From contig JAJBVT010000053.1 in assembly GCA_020859685.1 (NCBI GenBank), positions 11,809 to 75,808 on the forward strand: a stretch of DNA of 64,000 nt, in the 5' to 3' direction. Shown piece by piece: positions 24,323 to 34,504 of the stretch (its first letter is position 1; each line of letters begins with the position of its first letter). The stretch comes from Rikenellaceae bacterium (lineage in GTDB: Bacteria; Bacteroidota; Bacteroidia; Bacteroidales; Rikenellaceae). Made by a program: the position numbers and the translations under genes. The notes beneath the pieces were generated by a model. That model was not told the origin of the DNA, did not search any database, and saw nothing but the letters and a program-made list of their open reading frames with translations.

Positions 24323-25348
24323 TTACAACCCTCTGAGGTGCTTCTCCCACGCCCAAGCGGAGCGGAGGGTCTCTTCGAGACTGCGTTCGGCCTTCCAGCC
24401 CAGCTCGGTGTTGGCCAGCGTGGTATCCGCCCACACCGCCTCGACGTCGCCCGCACGGCGGCCCACGATTTTATACGGAACCGCGACCCCGTTCACCTTC
24501 TCGAACGTGCGCACCAACTCCAGTACCGAGACCGGCCGACCCGTACCTATATTAAATATCTCGTACCGCTCTTTCATTCCGCCGCCGACCATCCTGCCGA
24601 CGGCCACAACGTGCGCCTTGGCAAGGTCCACCACGTCGATATAATCCCGGAGGGCGGTGCCGTCCTCCGTATTGTAATCGTCGCCGAATATGCTGAGCCG
24701 GTCGCGGACACCGGCGGCCGTCTGGGTAATAAACGGTACGAGGTTGTTCGGTACCCCCTTTGGCAGTTCCCCTATAAGCGCAGAAGGGTGGGCTCCTATG
24801 GGATTGAAATAGCGCAGGGCTATCCCGCTCAGGCCCGCGTAGGCCGCAACACTGTCCCGCAGGATATCTTCGCAAATCTGTTTGGTATTGCCGTAGGGCG
24901 AGGTAGCCGGTTTACGCGGGGTGCTCTCGGTAGCGGGAAGTATGTCCGGCTGGCCGTACACCGTGGCTGACGACGAGAACACGATATTGGGAACCCCGTA
25001 CTCCTTCATCAGCTCCAGCACGGTAACGAACGACCCGAGATTGTTCCCGTAGTACAACAGCGGCTGCTCCACCGATTCGCCCACCGCCTTGCTGGCTGCG
25101 AAATGGATGACCCCGCAGAAGTCGTGCACCTTGAAAACTTCTTCGAGGGCAGCCCTGTCGTTACAGTCGGCCTTCACGAACGGTATCTCCCGGCCGGTGA
25201 TTTCCCGCACCCCCTCGATTGCCGACAACTCGGAGTTCGACAGGTCGTCCACCACCACCACTCCGAAACCGGCATTTATAAGTTCGACCGCCGTATGGGT
25301 CCCGATATATCCGGCCGCACCGGTTACAAGCACTTTTCCTTTTTCCAT
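24323..25348 (-). CDS. galE: UDP-glucose 4-epimerase
   Basis: Start at MEKGKVLVTGAAGYIGTH (Rossmann GxxGxxG). SDR-extended Y-x-x-x-K (PYGNTK). About 340 aa. Confidence 0.85.
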   Translation of the reverse strand: MEKGKVLVTGAAGYIGTHTAVELINAGFGVVVVDDLSNSELSAIEGVREITGREIPFVKADCNDRAALEEVFKVHDFCGVIHFAASKAVGESVEQPLLYYGNNLGSFVTVLELMKEYGVPNIVFSSSATVYGQPDILPATESTPRKPATSPYGNTKQICEDILRDSVAAYAGLSGIALRYFNPIGAHPSALIGELPKGVPNNLVPFITQTAAGVRDRLSIFGDDYNTEDGTALRDYIDVVDLAKAHVVAVGRMVGGGMKERYEIFNIGTGRPVSVLELVRTFEKVNGVAVPYKIVGRRAGDVEAVWADTTLANTELGWKAERSLEETLRSAWAWEKHLRGL

Positions 25349-25443
25349 ATTCCTGTTTCCTTTCCCCGGCCCGGCCGGGATATTTCCGAATTGCCGCAAA
25401 TTTACTTGAAGATACGAAACTTATCCCGTATCCGGAAATCTTT

Positions 25444-26775
25444 TTAAGACTTATATTTTGCCCATTTCAGCAATTCGCCGAACGAGGGTTTTTTCCCGTG
25501 CATAAATATTCCCACGCGGTATACCTTCCCGGCGAGCCATACCATCGCTACAAACGTGGCGAACAGCAGGGCGACCGACAGGGCTATTTCCCACAGCGGC
25601 ACACCGTACGGCAGCCGCGCCACCATCACCACGGGCGAGGTGAACGGTATCATACTGAACCAGAATGCCAGCGAACTGTTCGGATCTCTCATAACGCTTA
25701 TCATAACCACGATTGCCAGCATCATGGGAATGGTAATAGGCAATTGCAGCTGCTGGGCGTCGGCCGCATTGTCGACCGCGCTGCCCACCGCGGCGAACAT
25801 CGCCGCGTAGAGCAGGTAACCCCCGATAAAGTATATAAGGAATCCGCCGATGGTGGCCAGCAGGAACGACGGGTCCGTAACGGTCTCGATGGCAGAGAAC
25901 ATCGCGGGGTCCATCCCCTGCATGGCAGCCATATCAGCCATCGTGCCGTCGGCCAGCGCATCCGGCGCCCCACCGCCGAGGCCCGGAAAGAGATGCAGGA
26001 GAGCCGTTCCCACTGCGAACAGGAACACCACCCAGATTACGAACTGCGTCAGGGCTACCGCCGCTATCCCCAGTATCTTCCCCATCATAAGTTCGAAAGG
26101 CTTTACGGACGATACGATTATCTCCAGCACCTTCGAACTCTTCTCCTCTATCACCCCCTGCATAACCATCATTCCGTACAGGAATACGAACATGTATATC
26201 AGGAATCCGAATATATATGCCAACCCCATCGCCAGCCCGCTGGAACTCTGCTTCTCCCGGCCCGACTCGTCCACACGGTAGGCGCTGACCGTTAAGTTGG
26301 TTTTCACGGCGGCAAGAATCTCGGGAAGGTCCTCGATATCGTAGGCCTTCAGTTTTTCCGCCTCCACGGCGTCCGATATCTTCATGGAGAGGGATGTTTC
26401 GATATCGAAAGTAGACGGTTCGAAAGTATAGAGGGTGGCGGCATGCGGATTGGTCATTATATCCTCCCCGATTACCAGTATACCGTATAGACCGGGGAAC
26501 TCCCCGGCCGTTTTTGCGGCCCGTATCTCCTCGGCCGAGAGCTCGGTCGGGACGAGCACCGCAGACTTGTCGCTCCGCAGCCCCGCGGCCACGAAACCGC
26601 TCCCGTCGACCACCATTATCTCCTTGGTCTGCGAAAGGTTCGTACCCGCCAAATAGAATACCGCTGCAATTATACCCAGAAACAGGATGGGTGTCAGTAT
26701 TGTAGTGAGGATAAAACTTTTCTTGCGTACCCTCTCGTTAAATTCCCGTTGTATTATTATTCCTATTTTGCCCAT
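25444..26775 (-). CDS. ABC-2 family transporter permease (NatB-like)
   Basis: 443 aa. One N-terminal TM helix, a large loop and a C-terminal multi-TM block. Lies directly downstream of the ATPase gene. Confidence 0.75.
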   Translation of the reverse strand: MGKIGIIIQREFNERVRKKSFILTTILTPILFLGIIAAVFYLAGTNLSQTKEIMVVDGSGFVAAGLRSDKSAVLVPTELSAEEIRAAKTAGEFPGLYGILVIGEDIMTNPHAATLYTFEPSTFDIETSLSMKISDAVEAEKLKAYDIEDLPEILAAVKTNLTVSAYRVDESGREKQSSSGLAMGLAYIFGFLIYMFVFLYGMMVMQGVIEEKSSKVLEIIVSSVKPFELMMGKILGIAAVALTQFVIWVVFLFAVGTALLHLFPGLGGGAPDALADGTMADMAAMQGMDPAMFSAIETVTDPSFLLATIGGFLIYFIGGYLLYAAMFAAVGSAVDNAADAQQLQLPITIPMMLAIVVMISVMRDPNSSLAFWFSMIPFTSPVVMVARLPYGVPLWEIALSVALLFATFVAMVWLAGKVYRVGIFMHGKKPSFGELLKWAKYKS

Positions 26776-26784
26776 GGTCAGTAT

Positions 26785-27717
26785 CTATTGTTGTGTGGTA
26801 TTACTTTCCGAAACGGCCTTGATGAAAATATCGTTCATGGAGGGTATCAGTTCGCGGAAGGTGCGGATATGCGCCGACCCGTTTACTGCCGATACCGCAT
26901 CCCTTACCCGCTCACCGCCCGGTATATGGAGTTTCAAACGGCCGTTCCCCGCTCCGTCGTCCCCGGATTCGAGCACCGTGCAGATACCCTTCAGAGAAGC
27001 GGCGACTTCGGCGGCGCTGCCTTTTATCTCCACCTCGTACATATCTCCGCCGTGGCTGCGTCGAATCTCGTCCACCGGACCGGTCAGGATATTGCGGGAA
27101 CGGTCGATAAGGGTAATATGGTCGCATATCTCCTCGACGGACGACATATTGTGGGTCGAAAATATAACCGTCGCACCTTCGTCCCTGAGGCGAAGGATCT
27201 CGCCCCGTATCAATCCCGCGTTTACCGGGTCGAACCCGCTGAACGGCTCGTCGAGTATAAGCAGTTCCGGGCCGTGCAGGACGGTAACGATGAACTGGAC
27301 CTTCTGGGCCATGCCTTTGCTCAGCTCCTCGACCTTCTTATTCCACCAGTCCCGGATACCGAACCGTACGAACCACTCCTTCAGGCGCGCCGTGGCCTCT
27401 TTGCGGGACATTCCCTTGAGCATGGCGAAATAGAGGGCCTGCTCGCCGACCTTCATCTTCTTGTATAGCCCGCGCTCTTCGGGCAGATAGCCGATACGGA
27501 CTATATCGGCAGGTTCCAACGGATGGCCGTCGAAAATTATACGGCCGCTGTCGGGGGCGGTGATTCGGTTGATTATCCTTATAAACGTGGTTTTGCCCGC
27601 GCCGTTCGGCCCCAGCAGGCCGTAGATACTTCCGCACGGGATGGAGAGCGACACGTCGGAGAGCGCCGTGTGGCCGGCATAGCTTTTGGAAACGTGTTCG
27701 GCTACAATCAGGTCCAT
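26785..27717 (-). CDS. ABC transporter ATP-binding protein (NatA-like)
   Basis: Walker A GPNGAGKTT, signature LSKGMAQK, Walker B LLILDEP. Confidence 0.85.
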   Translation of the reverse strand: MDLIVAEHVSKSYAGHTALSDVSLSIPCGSIYGLLGPNGAGKTTFIRIINRITAPDSGRIIFDGHPLEPADIVRIGYLPEERGLYKKMKVGEQALYFAMLKGMSRKEATARLKEWFVRFGIRDWWNKKVEELSKGMAQKVQFIVTVLHGPELLILDEPFSGFDPVNAGLIRGEILRLRDEGATVIFSTHNMSSVEEICDHITLIDRSRNILTGPVDEIRRSHGGDMYEVEIKGSAAEVAASLKGICTVLESGDDGAGNGRLKLHIPGGERVRDAVSAVNGSAHIRTFRELIPSMNDIFIKAVSESNTTQQ

Positions 27718-28041
27718 TTTCCGTGTAGGTTTATGTGATTCACAAATTTCAAAAGTATAAATAAATACCGGGAGTTCTTATTACTCCCGGCAGTAAACGG
27801 TGGTTGATTTATTATAATTATACGGCACTTCTTTAGACCATTTTTTACCAGCGACCGGTATCCGCTTCGTTCACAATTAGATTTTCAAGAGCCCGACTTT
27901 AGGTGTCGCCCGGTAAATCGAACGAATATTTTAATTAACTTCATTCAAATATTTCCGAAATTATTTTTATCAGGATAAAACGCATAATTTTGAAGCCCGT
28001 AACGGCGATTGCAGCCTGTCGGAGTAAAAATAATTTGCAAC

Positions 28042-29010
28042 ATGTTATATCCGTTGAAATTCAAGCCCCGTCTCAAGGAGCGTATCTGGGGAGGAACCTC
28101 GCTCGCCACCGCGATGGGCAAGGCCCTTCCGGAAGGGAAAAAGATAGGGGAGAGCTGGGAAATATCCGGGGTCCGGAGAGACATATCGGTCGTGGCGAAC
28201 GGAGACCTGAAAGGCAACGACCTTCAGGAACTTATAGAGGTCTATATGGGCGACCTCGTGGGTGAGAAGGTCTACGACCGCTTCGGCGTGGAATTTCCCC
28301 TGCTGGTAAAATTTATCGACGCCCGCGACACCTTGTCGATACAGGTCCACCCGGACGACGAACTGGCCCGCCAACGCCACCGCTTCTACGGCAAGACCGA
28401 AATGTGGTATGTGCTGGCCGCGGAACCGGGCGCAACCGTATATATGGGCTTCAACCGGACGGTCACCCGGGAAGAGTACCTTGCCGCACTGGCCTCCGGC
28501 AGCCTGTCCTCACTGCTCCGCGAAGAGAAGGTACGGCCGGGCGACTCTTTTTTTATCCCGGCAGGTACGATTCACGCCATCGGCAAGGGCATACTCCTGG
28601 CAGAAATACAGCAGACCTCCGACGTCACCTACCGTGTGGACGACTGGGGACGCACCGACACCGACGGGAACCCGCGCGAAATGCACACCGATCTGGCAGT
28701 AGACGCCCTCGATTTCCGCGCACGCCACGACCTGAGGAGTTCCGTGGCCTCCGTGGCAAACGAACCCGTCCCGGTGGAGGAGTGCGAGTACTTTACCGTC
28801 AACCTGCTCAAAGTGGAGGATAGCGTGGAGAGGGATTACTCGGCGCTCGACTCGTTCGTTATCTATATCTGCACCGAAGGGGAGCTGACGGTCTGTTACA
28901 GTGCCGGGTCGGAGACTCTTCGCCGGGGCGAGACCATGCTGGTACCCGCGCAGGAAGATAATATAGAGCTGGACGGCGACGGTACGGTGCTCGAAGTCTA
29001 TATAGCATAA
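28042..29010 (+). CDS. manA: Type I phosphomannose isomerase
   Basis: Start at MLYPLKFKPRLKERIWGG. Motifs QVHPDD, EMWYVL and HAIGKGILLAEIQQTSDVTYRV. Confidence 0.8.
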   Translation: MLYPLKFKPRLKERIWGGTSLATAMGKALPEGKKIGESWEISGVRRDISVVANGDLKGNDLQELIEVYMGDLVGEKVYDRFGVEFPLLVKFIDARDTLSIQVHPDDELARQRHRFYGKTEMWYVLAAEPGATVYMGFNRTVTREEYLAALASGSLSSLLREEKVRPGDSFFIPAGTIHAIGKGILLAEIQQTSDVTYRVDDWGRTDTDGNPREMHTDLAVDALDFRARHDLRSSVASVANEPVPVEECEYFTVNLLKVEDSVERDYSALDSFVIYICTEGELTVCYSAGSETLRRGETMLVPAQEDNIELDGDGTVLEVYIA

Positions 29011-29029
29011 CAGATTAAAACGAAGCATT

Positions 29030-29932
29030 ATGGTTGCCCTGACAGGAAAACAACTGGCCCGCGCCATTAAGGAATATATTTTGATTACCGTTGGGCTGTT
29101 CCTGTACGCCTTCGGATGGGTGGGCGTCATCATGCCGGCCGAGATAGTGGGCGGCGGTGTGAGCGGTATGTCCGTTCTGCTCTATTACGCCACAGGAGGG
29201 GAGAACGGCGGTATCCCGCTTGTCTTCTCGATGCTGGCCATCAACGGCGTACTGGTAGTTATAGCCTCCTTTATCATCGGCTTTAAATTCAGCGCAAAGA
29301 CAATATACGGGGTTATCCTTCTCGCCTTCGCGATGGGTCTTCTGCAACAGGTGGTCCCGCCCGACGCCCTCGGCCTCGGTAACGACAAACTGCTGTCGGC
29401 TATTCTCGGGGGCGCCATGGCCGCCATCGGTATAAGTATCTGTTTCACGCAGGGTGGAAGTACCGGCGGCACGGACATCATCGCTATGATTATCAATAAG
29501 TACCGTCCGGTAAGTTACGGTCGGGTACTTATGACCTGCGATTTTCTGGTAATCGGTCTCTCCTACTTTATCGGCAACGGTATATCGACCGTGATTTACA
29601 GTTACGTGGTGGTCGGTATCACGGGTTACACGGTCGACGCAATCATGGCCGGGAACAAGCAGTCGTCTCAACTGCTCATTATATCCAAAGAGTTCGAGAA
29701 GATAGCCGCGCGGGTCGTGGAGGACGCCAACCGCGGGGTGACCCTGCTCGACGGACAGGGCTGGTACAGCAAGAAACCGATGAAGGTCCTGATGGTGGTT
29801 TGCCGAAAAAGCGAGACCAGCAACCTGTTCCGCATTATCAAAGAGTGCGACCCCGAAGCGTTTATTACCGTGGGCAGCGTAATGGGTGTCTACGGTCAGG
29901 GATTCGACCAATTACGGACGAGGGGCAAATAG
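29030..29932 (+). CDS. YitT-family membrane protein (with DUF2179 C-terminal domain)
   Basis: 300 aa with 5-6 TM helices, a GGSTGGTDIIA motif and a soluble C-terminal domain. Confidence 0.75.
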   Translation: MVALTGKQLARAIKEYILITVGLFLYAFGWVGVIMPAEIVGGGVSGMSVLLYYATGGENGGIPLVFSMLAINGVLVVIASFIIGFKFSAKTIYGVILLAFAMGLLQQVVPPDALGLGNDKLLSAILGGAMAAIGISICFTQGGSTGGTDIIAMIINKYRPVSYGRVLMTCDFLVIGLSYFIGNGISTVIYSYVVVGITGYTVDAIMAGNKQSSQLLIISKEFEKIAARVVEDANRGVTLLDGQGWYSKKPMKVLMVVCRKSETSNLFRIIKECDPEAFITVGSVMGVYGQGFDQLRTRGK

Positions 29933-30091
29933 TTCCCGCCGCCCGGTACGGGCTGTATTCCGGGGCACCGGGTAAGAACTAACCGGCGGTTTGCGGCACA
30001 TGGCGAACTACCGCGTTGCGTGCGGCGTTTCTCCACGGAACTTTCAGTAACTATTCAAAATAATCATAACTTTGCGGCGTTATAAATTTAA

Positions 30092-32713
30092 GTGGCAGTG
30101 TCGGAGTTATTGAATAGTTTGAATGAGGCGCAGAAGGCCGCGGTGGTCGATTACGATTCGCCGTCGCTGATAATCGCCGGGGCCGGTTCGGGTAAGACGA
30201 GGGTGCTGACCAGCCGTATCGCCTACATGCTGGAGCAGGGCGTAGTGCCGTGGAGGGTTTTGGCCCTGACCTTCACCAATAAGGCGGCCAACGAGATGAG
30301 GGACCGTATCGCCGGTATGGTATCCCGCCAGCATGCCGAAAGGCTCTGGATGGGTACGTTCCATTCGGTATTTCTCAGGATTCTCCGTCTCGAGGCTGAG
30401 AAGCTCGGATATCCCTCGACCTTCACGATATACGACACGGCCGATAGCCGCAACCTCCTGAAATCCATAATCCGGGAGATGAATCTCAGCGACGACTACT
30501 ACAAACCGGCGGGCATTCAGGCCCGTATTTCGCTGGCGAAAAACAATCTCGTTACACCTGCGGCCTACGAAGCAAATACCACCTACATCGCCGAGGACCG
30601 GCAGAGGAAGATCCCCGAATTTTCGGAAGTTTATAAGGCATACGCGCGAAAATGCCGCGAAAACGGCGCGATGGACTTCGACGACCTTCTGCTCAATATA
30701 AATATCCTGTTCAAGGACTTTCCCGAGGTGCTGGCCAAATATCAGGAACGGTTCCAGTACATACTGGTGGACGAGTACCAGGATACCAACTACGCACAGT
30801 ACATAATTATACGCAGGCTTGCCGAGAGGCATTCCAAGGTGTGCGTGGTGGGCGACGACGCGCAGAGTATCTACTCGTTCCGCGGGGCCAAAATCGAAAA
30901 CATCCTGAGGTTCCGCAACGACTACCCGCACGCCAAAACCTATAAGCTGGAGCAGAATTACCGCTCCACCCGGACCATAGTCGACGCGGCCAACAGCGTC
31001 ATCGAGAAGAACCGCAACCGGCTGGAAAAGAAATCTTTCTCGGCCGGGGAGCAGGGAGACCCCATAAAAGTAATCAAGGCGTACACCGATCAGGAGGAGG
31101 CCTCGCTGGTGGCGGACGAGATACGCTCGGTGGTCCGCGACACGGGTGCCGGTTGGAGCGAGGTGGCGCTGCTTTACCGCACTAACATGCAGTCGCGCGT
31201 GTTCGAGGACGCGTTCCGCAGGCGCGGCATTCCATATAAGATTTACGGGGGTATGTCGTTCTACCAGCGCAAGGAGGTGAAGGACTTGCTGGCCTATTTC
31301 CGACTGGTGGTAAATCCGCGCGACGACGAGGCTTTCCGCCGGGTGATTAACTACCCGGCAAGGGGCATAGGAGACGTTACCGTGAACCGTATCGCCCAGA
31401 TGGCCGCCGCAAACGGCATCAGCCTGTTCGAAGCCGCCGAGACAGGAGACCTCAAGGCCGCCGGGCTTAACGGCGGCGCGGAGAAGAAGGTGCGCAACTT
31501 CACCGCCCTGATACGAGACCTGTCGCAGAAGCAGACCACCGAGACGCTTTACAATCTCGGTCTGGAGGTTGCCACCCGGAGCGGGATAATCGGCGGCTTC
31601 CGCATAGAGCAGACCCCCGAAGCGCAGAGCGCGCTGGAAAATATAGAGGAACTTCTGAACTCGATGCAGGTGTTCGCCGACGACCAGGAGCAGGTTATGA
31701 TGTTCGACGAGACGACCGGCGAACCCGTCGAGGGGGAATCGGTACCGCCCTCCCTGACCGAATGGCTCCAGAGTATCACCCTTATCACCGACATGGACAA
31801 GGAGAGCGGCGACGACCGCGAGAAAGTGACCCTGATGACCGTCCACTCGGCGAAGGGGCTGGAATACCGCTACGTTTTCATCGTGGGCATGGAGGAGAAC
31901 CTGTTCCCCAGCCAGATGAGCATGGACGGACCGGAGGGTATCGAGGAGGAACGCCGCCTGTTCTATGTCGCGCTGACACGCGCCTGCGAGCGGGCATGGC
32001 TCTCGTTCTCTGAAACTCGATTCAAATGGGGTTCCATGGACTTCTGCCGCCCGAGTCGTTTTCTGTCGGAAATAGCGCAGGAGCACCTCGACGTAGCGTT
32101 CGACCTCGGCGCAGGTGATGAAGATAACCCCGTGGCTCTACTCAAATGCAACTACGACGCCCACAACGCCCGGGCCGAATCCTACCGCAGCGGCGGCAGG
32201 CAGCCCTACGGGCGCGGCTCCGCAGACGGGCAACCGCGGAGCGGAGGGTATGGCCGCAAGGACGACGGTTACGGCAACGGCAAACCCGTCTACGGCCGGG
32301 AAGCCCAACGCTACCCGGCCCTAAACGCATCCGCGCCGCATCCGGAAACCGTAAAGCCCGTAATCCCTACCGGCAAGAACCTGCGAAGCATCGGGAGCCG
32401 TGTCAAAGAGGGGGCCGGGAACGATTCGGCCGCAGTTCCTTCCGCATCGTCCCGAGTTTCCGGAGCAGGAATGCCCCCCGCAGACTCCTTCACCGCGGCG
32501 TCCGGCATACCCGGCGGCGGAACACCGCTTGCCGTACCCGGTCAGATATCGAACGGCACCCGCGTCGCCCACCAGAAATTCGGCACCGGCACGGTCGCCG
32601 CGGTCGAAACGGCCGCGGGCGACCAAAAGTTCACCGTTCTCTTCGACAACCCGGCCGTCGGCAAAAAAACCCTGCTGGGTAAATATGCCCGTCTGTCCGT
32701 CGTAGAACCATAA
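30092..32713 (+). CDS. UvrD/PcrA/Rep-family ATP-dependent DNA helicase
   Basis: GTG start. Walker A AGAGSGKT, Walker B/DExx box LVDEYQDTN, helicase motifs through ..TVHSAKGLE.., and a C-terminal VAHQKFGTGTV...GKKTLL domain. Confidence 0.85.
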   Translation: MAVSELLNSLNEAQKAAVVDYDSPSLIIAGAGSGKTRVLTSRIAYMLEQGVVPWRVLALTFTNKAANEMRDRIAGMVSRQHAERLWMGTFHSVFLRILRLEAEKLGYPSTFTIYDTADSRNLLKSIIREMNLSDDYYKPAGIQARISLAKNNLVTPAAYEANTTYIAEDRQRKIPEFSEVYKAYARKCRENGAMDFDDLLLNINILFKDFPEVLAKYQERFQYILVDEYQDTNYAQYIIIRRLAERHSKVCVVGDDAQSIYSFRGAKIENILRFRNDYPHAKTYKLEQNYRSTRTIVDAANSVIEKNRNRLEKKSFSAGEQGDPIKVIKAYTDQEEASLVADEIRSVVRDTGAGWSEVALLYRTNMQSRVFEDAFRRRGIPYKIYGGMSFYQRKEVKDLLAYFRLVVNPRDDEAFRRVINYPARGIGDVTVNRIAQMAAANGISLFEAAETGDLKAAGLNGGAEKKVRNFTALIRDLSQKQTTETLYNLGLEVATRSGIIGGFRIEQTPEAQSALENIEELLNSMQVFADDQEQVMMFDETTGEPVEGESVPPSLTEWLQSITLITDMDKESGDDREKVTLMTVHSAKGLEYRYVFIVGMEENLFPSQMSMDGPEGIEEERRLFYVALTRACERAWLSFSETRFKWGSMDFCRPSRFLSEIAQEHLDVAFDLGAGDEDNPVALLKCNYDAHNARAESYRSGGRQPYGRGSADGQPRSGGYGRKDDGYGNGKPVYGREAQRYPALNASAPHPETVKPVIPTGKNLRSIGSRVKEGAGNDSAAVPSASSRVSGAGMPPADSFTAASGIPGGGTPLAVPGQISNGTRVAHQKFGTGTVAAVETAAGDQKFTVLFDNPAVGKKTLLGKYARLSVVEP

Positions 32714-32727
32714 CCTTAAAACCGCCG

Positions 32728-33078
32728 ATGAAAGGTCTGGCTATTATTCTTGGAATCTATTTCGTCGGAGAGGTGGTTTCGTGGCTCACCGCGGGATTTC
32801 TGCCTGCGGGGGTAGCGGGAATGATACTGCTGTTCGTGGCTCTGAGGACAGGCCAGGTAAAGGGAAAAGATGTAAAGGGCGTATGCCGGTTCCTGCTGGA
32901 CAACCTGATGCTGTTTTTCGTCCCCGTCAGCGTGGGACTGATGACCGTACGGGGATTTACGGCCGCAGATATCGTCCCTCTTGCGTTGGTGCTGATTGTC
33001 CCGGTGGTGGTGGTACTCTGGGTGAGCGGTATCGTGGTGCAGAAATGGAGGTCGGGAAAGGAGGGGCGCGATGAGTAG
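32728..33078 (+). CDS. CidA/LrgA-family holin-like protein
   Basis: 116 aa with 4 TM helices. Overlaps the lrgB-like gene by 8 nt. Confidence 0.75.
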   Translation: MKGLAIILGIYFVGEVVSWLTAGFLPAGVAGMILLFVALRTGQVKGKDVKGVCRFLLDNLMLFFVPVSVGLMTVRGFTAADIVPLALVLIVPVVVVLWVSGIVVQKWRSGKEGRDE

Positions 33079-33763
33079 CGTACTTCACTCGCAGCCTTTT
33101 CTGCTGGCCCTTACCGTGGGCGTTTTCTATGCGGCCCTGCTACTCTACCGCAGGACACGGTCGTCGCTGCTCAATCCCATACTTGTATCGATAATCATAA
33201 TTATTCCGTTGCTTTCCGTATCGGGAATTTCGTTCGACGAATACTACCGGGCCAATTCGCCCGTTAACTTTTTGTTGGGCCTGTCGGTCGTAGCCATCGG
33301 TTACCTGATGTACGAGAATCTGTCGCACATCCGAGGGCGGGAATTGCAGATAGTGGCGGCGGTAGCGGCGGGTAGCCTGGCCGGGGTGCTCTGCGTTATG
33401 GGAATAGCCACTTGGACGGGAATCGCCCCCGAGGTGTCGCTCTCCCTGCAGCCCAAGTCGGTAACCAATCCGATAGCCATCGAGCTGAGCAGGGTGTCGG
33501 GCGGTATTCCGGCGTTGACTTCGGTGGCGGTAATCTTTACCGGGATTTTCGGCAGTATCGTCGGGCCGTGGGTATTCAGGGTTACCGGCATTACGGACGA
33601 TATCGCGAGGGGTATTGGCCTCGGTTCGGCCGCCCATGCCGTGGGCACGGCCAAGGCACTCGAGATAAGCGCCGCCGCGGGGGCCGCAGGCGGGGTCGCA
33701 ATCGCCGGGATGGGCATTGCCACGGCAGTCGTCCTGCCGCTCGCGGCGAAATTATTGGGGTGA
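33071..33763 (+). CDS. lrgB: LrgB-family membrane protein
   Basis: 230 aa polytopic protein paired with the LrgA-like gene. Confidence 0.75.
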   Translation: MSSVLHSQPFLLALTVGVFYAALLLYRRTRSSLLNPILVSIIIIIPLLSVSGISFDEYYRANSPVNFLLGLSVVAIGYLMYENLSHIRGRELQIVAAVAAGSLAGVLCVMGIATWTGIAPEVSLSLQPKSVTNPIAIELSRVSGGIPALTSVAVIFTGIFGSIVGPWVFRVTGITDDIARGIGLGSAAHAVGTAKALEISAAAGAAGGVAIAGMGIATAVVLPLAAKLLG

Positions 33764-33830
33764 ACCCGGCGGGCGTAAACTCTTAATTATTAACTTTGTC
33801 GAAGTAACCCACACTTAAAGAACGGCCGGT

Positions 33831-34502
33831 ATGAGATTGCAAGAGCGTTACAAGGGCGTAATCGGATGGTTCTCCGAAAATATGAAAATCGCGGAGTCGG
33901 AGCTGCGGTACGACAATCCGTACCAGTTGCTGGTATCCGTTATCCTCTCGGCCCAGTGCACCGACAAGAGGGTGAATATGACCACGCCCGCCCTGTTCGA
34001 CAAATATCCCGTTCCGGAACTGCTGGCCGCCGCCGAGCCGGAAGAGGTATACGAATATATCAAAAGTATATCCTATCCCAACAATAAGGCGAAGAACCTT
34101 GTGGGGATGGCCCGCAAACTGGTCTCGGAGTTCAATTCCGTAGTCCCGGACGATGTGAACGAGCTTCAGAAACTACCCGGCGTGGGACGCAAGACGGCCA
34201 ATGTGGTGGCCGCCGTAATATATAACAAGTTCGTGATGCCGGTCGACACGCATGTCTTCCGGGTGTCGGAAAGGATTGGCCTTACCCGCGGCTCCAAAAC
34301 CCCGCTCCAGACCGAACTGCAACTTACCAAACATATCCCGGCACACCTCTTGCCCACGGCACACCACTGGCTGATACTCCACGGCAGGTACGTCTGTATG
34401 GCACGGCGGCCCCACTGCGAGGAGTGCGGAATCACCCGGTGGTGCCGCTACCGGGAAAATCAGGTTAAAAACAGCGGGCAGGAACCTGCCTCAACGAAAT
34501 AA
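33831..34502 (+). CDS. nth: Endonuclease III
   Basis: HhH-GPD motif LPGVGRKTANVV and the C-terminal 4Fe-4S cysteine cluster C..C..C..C (CMARRPHCEECGITRWC). Confidence 0.9.
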   Translation: MRLQERYKGVIGWFSENMKIAESELRYDNPYQLLVSVILSAQCTDKRVNMTTPALFDKYPVPELLAAAEPEEVYEYIKSISYPNNKAKNLVGMARKLVSEFNSVVPDDVNELQKLPGVGRKTANVVAAVIYNKFVMPVDTHVFRVSERIGLTRGSKTPLQTELQLTKHIPAHLLPTAHHWLILHGRYVCMARRPHCEECGITRWCRYRENQVKNSGQEPASTK

Positions 34503-34504
34503 CG

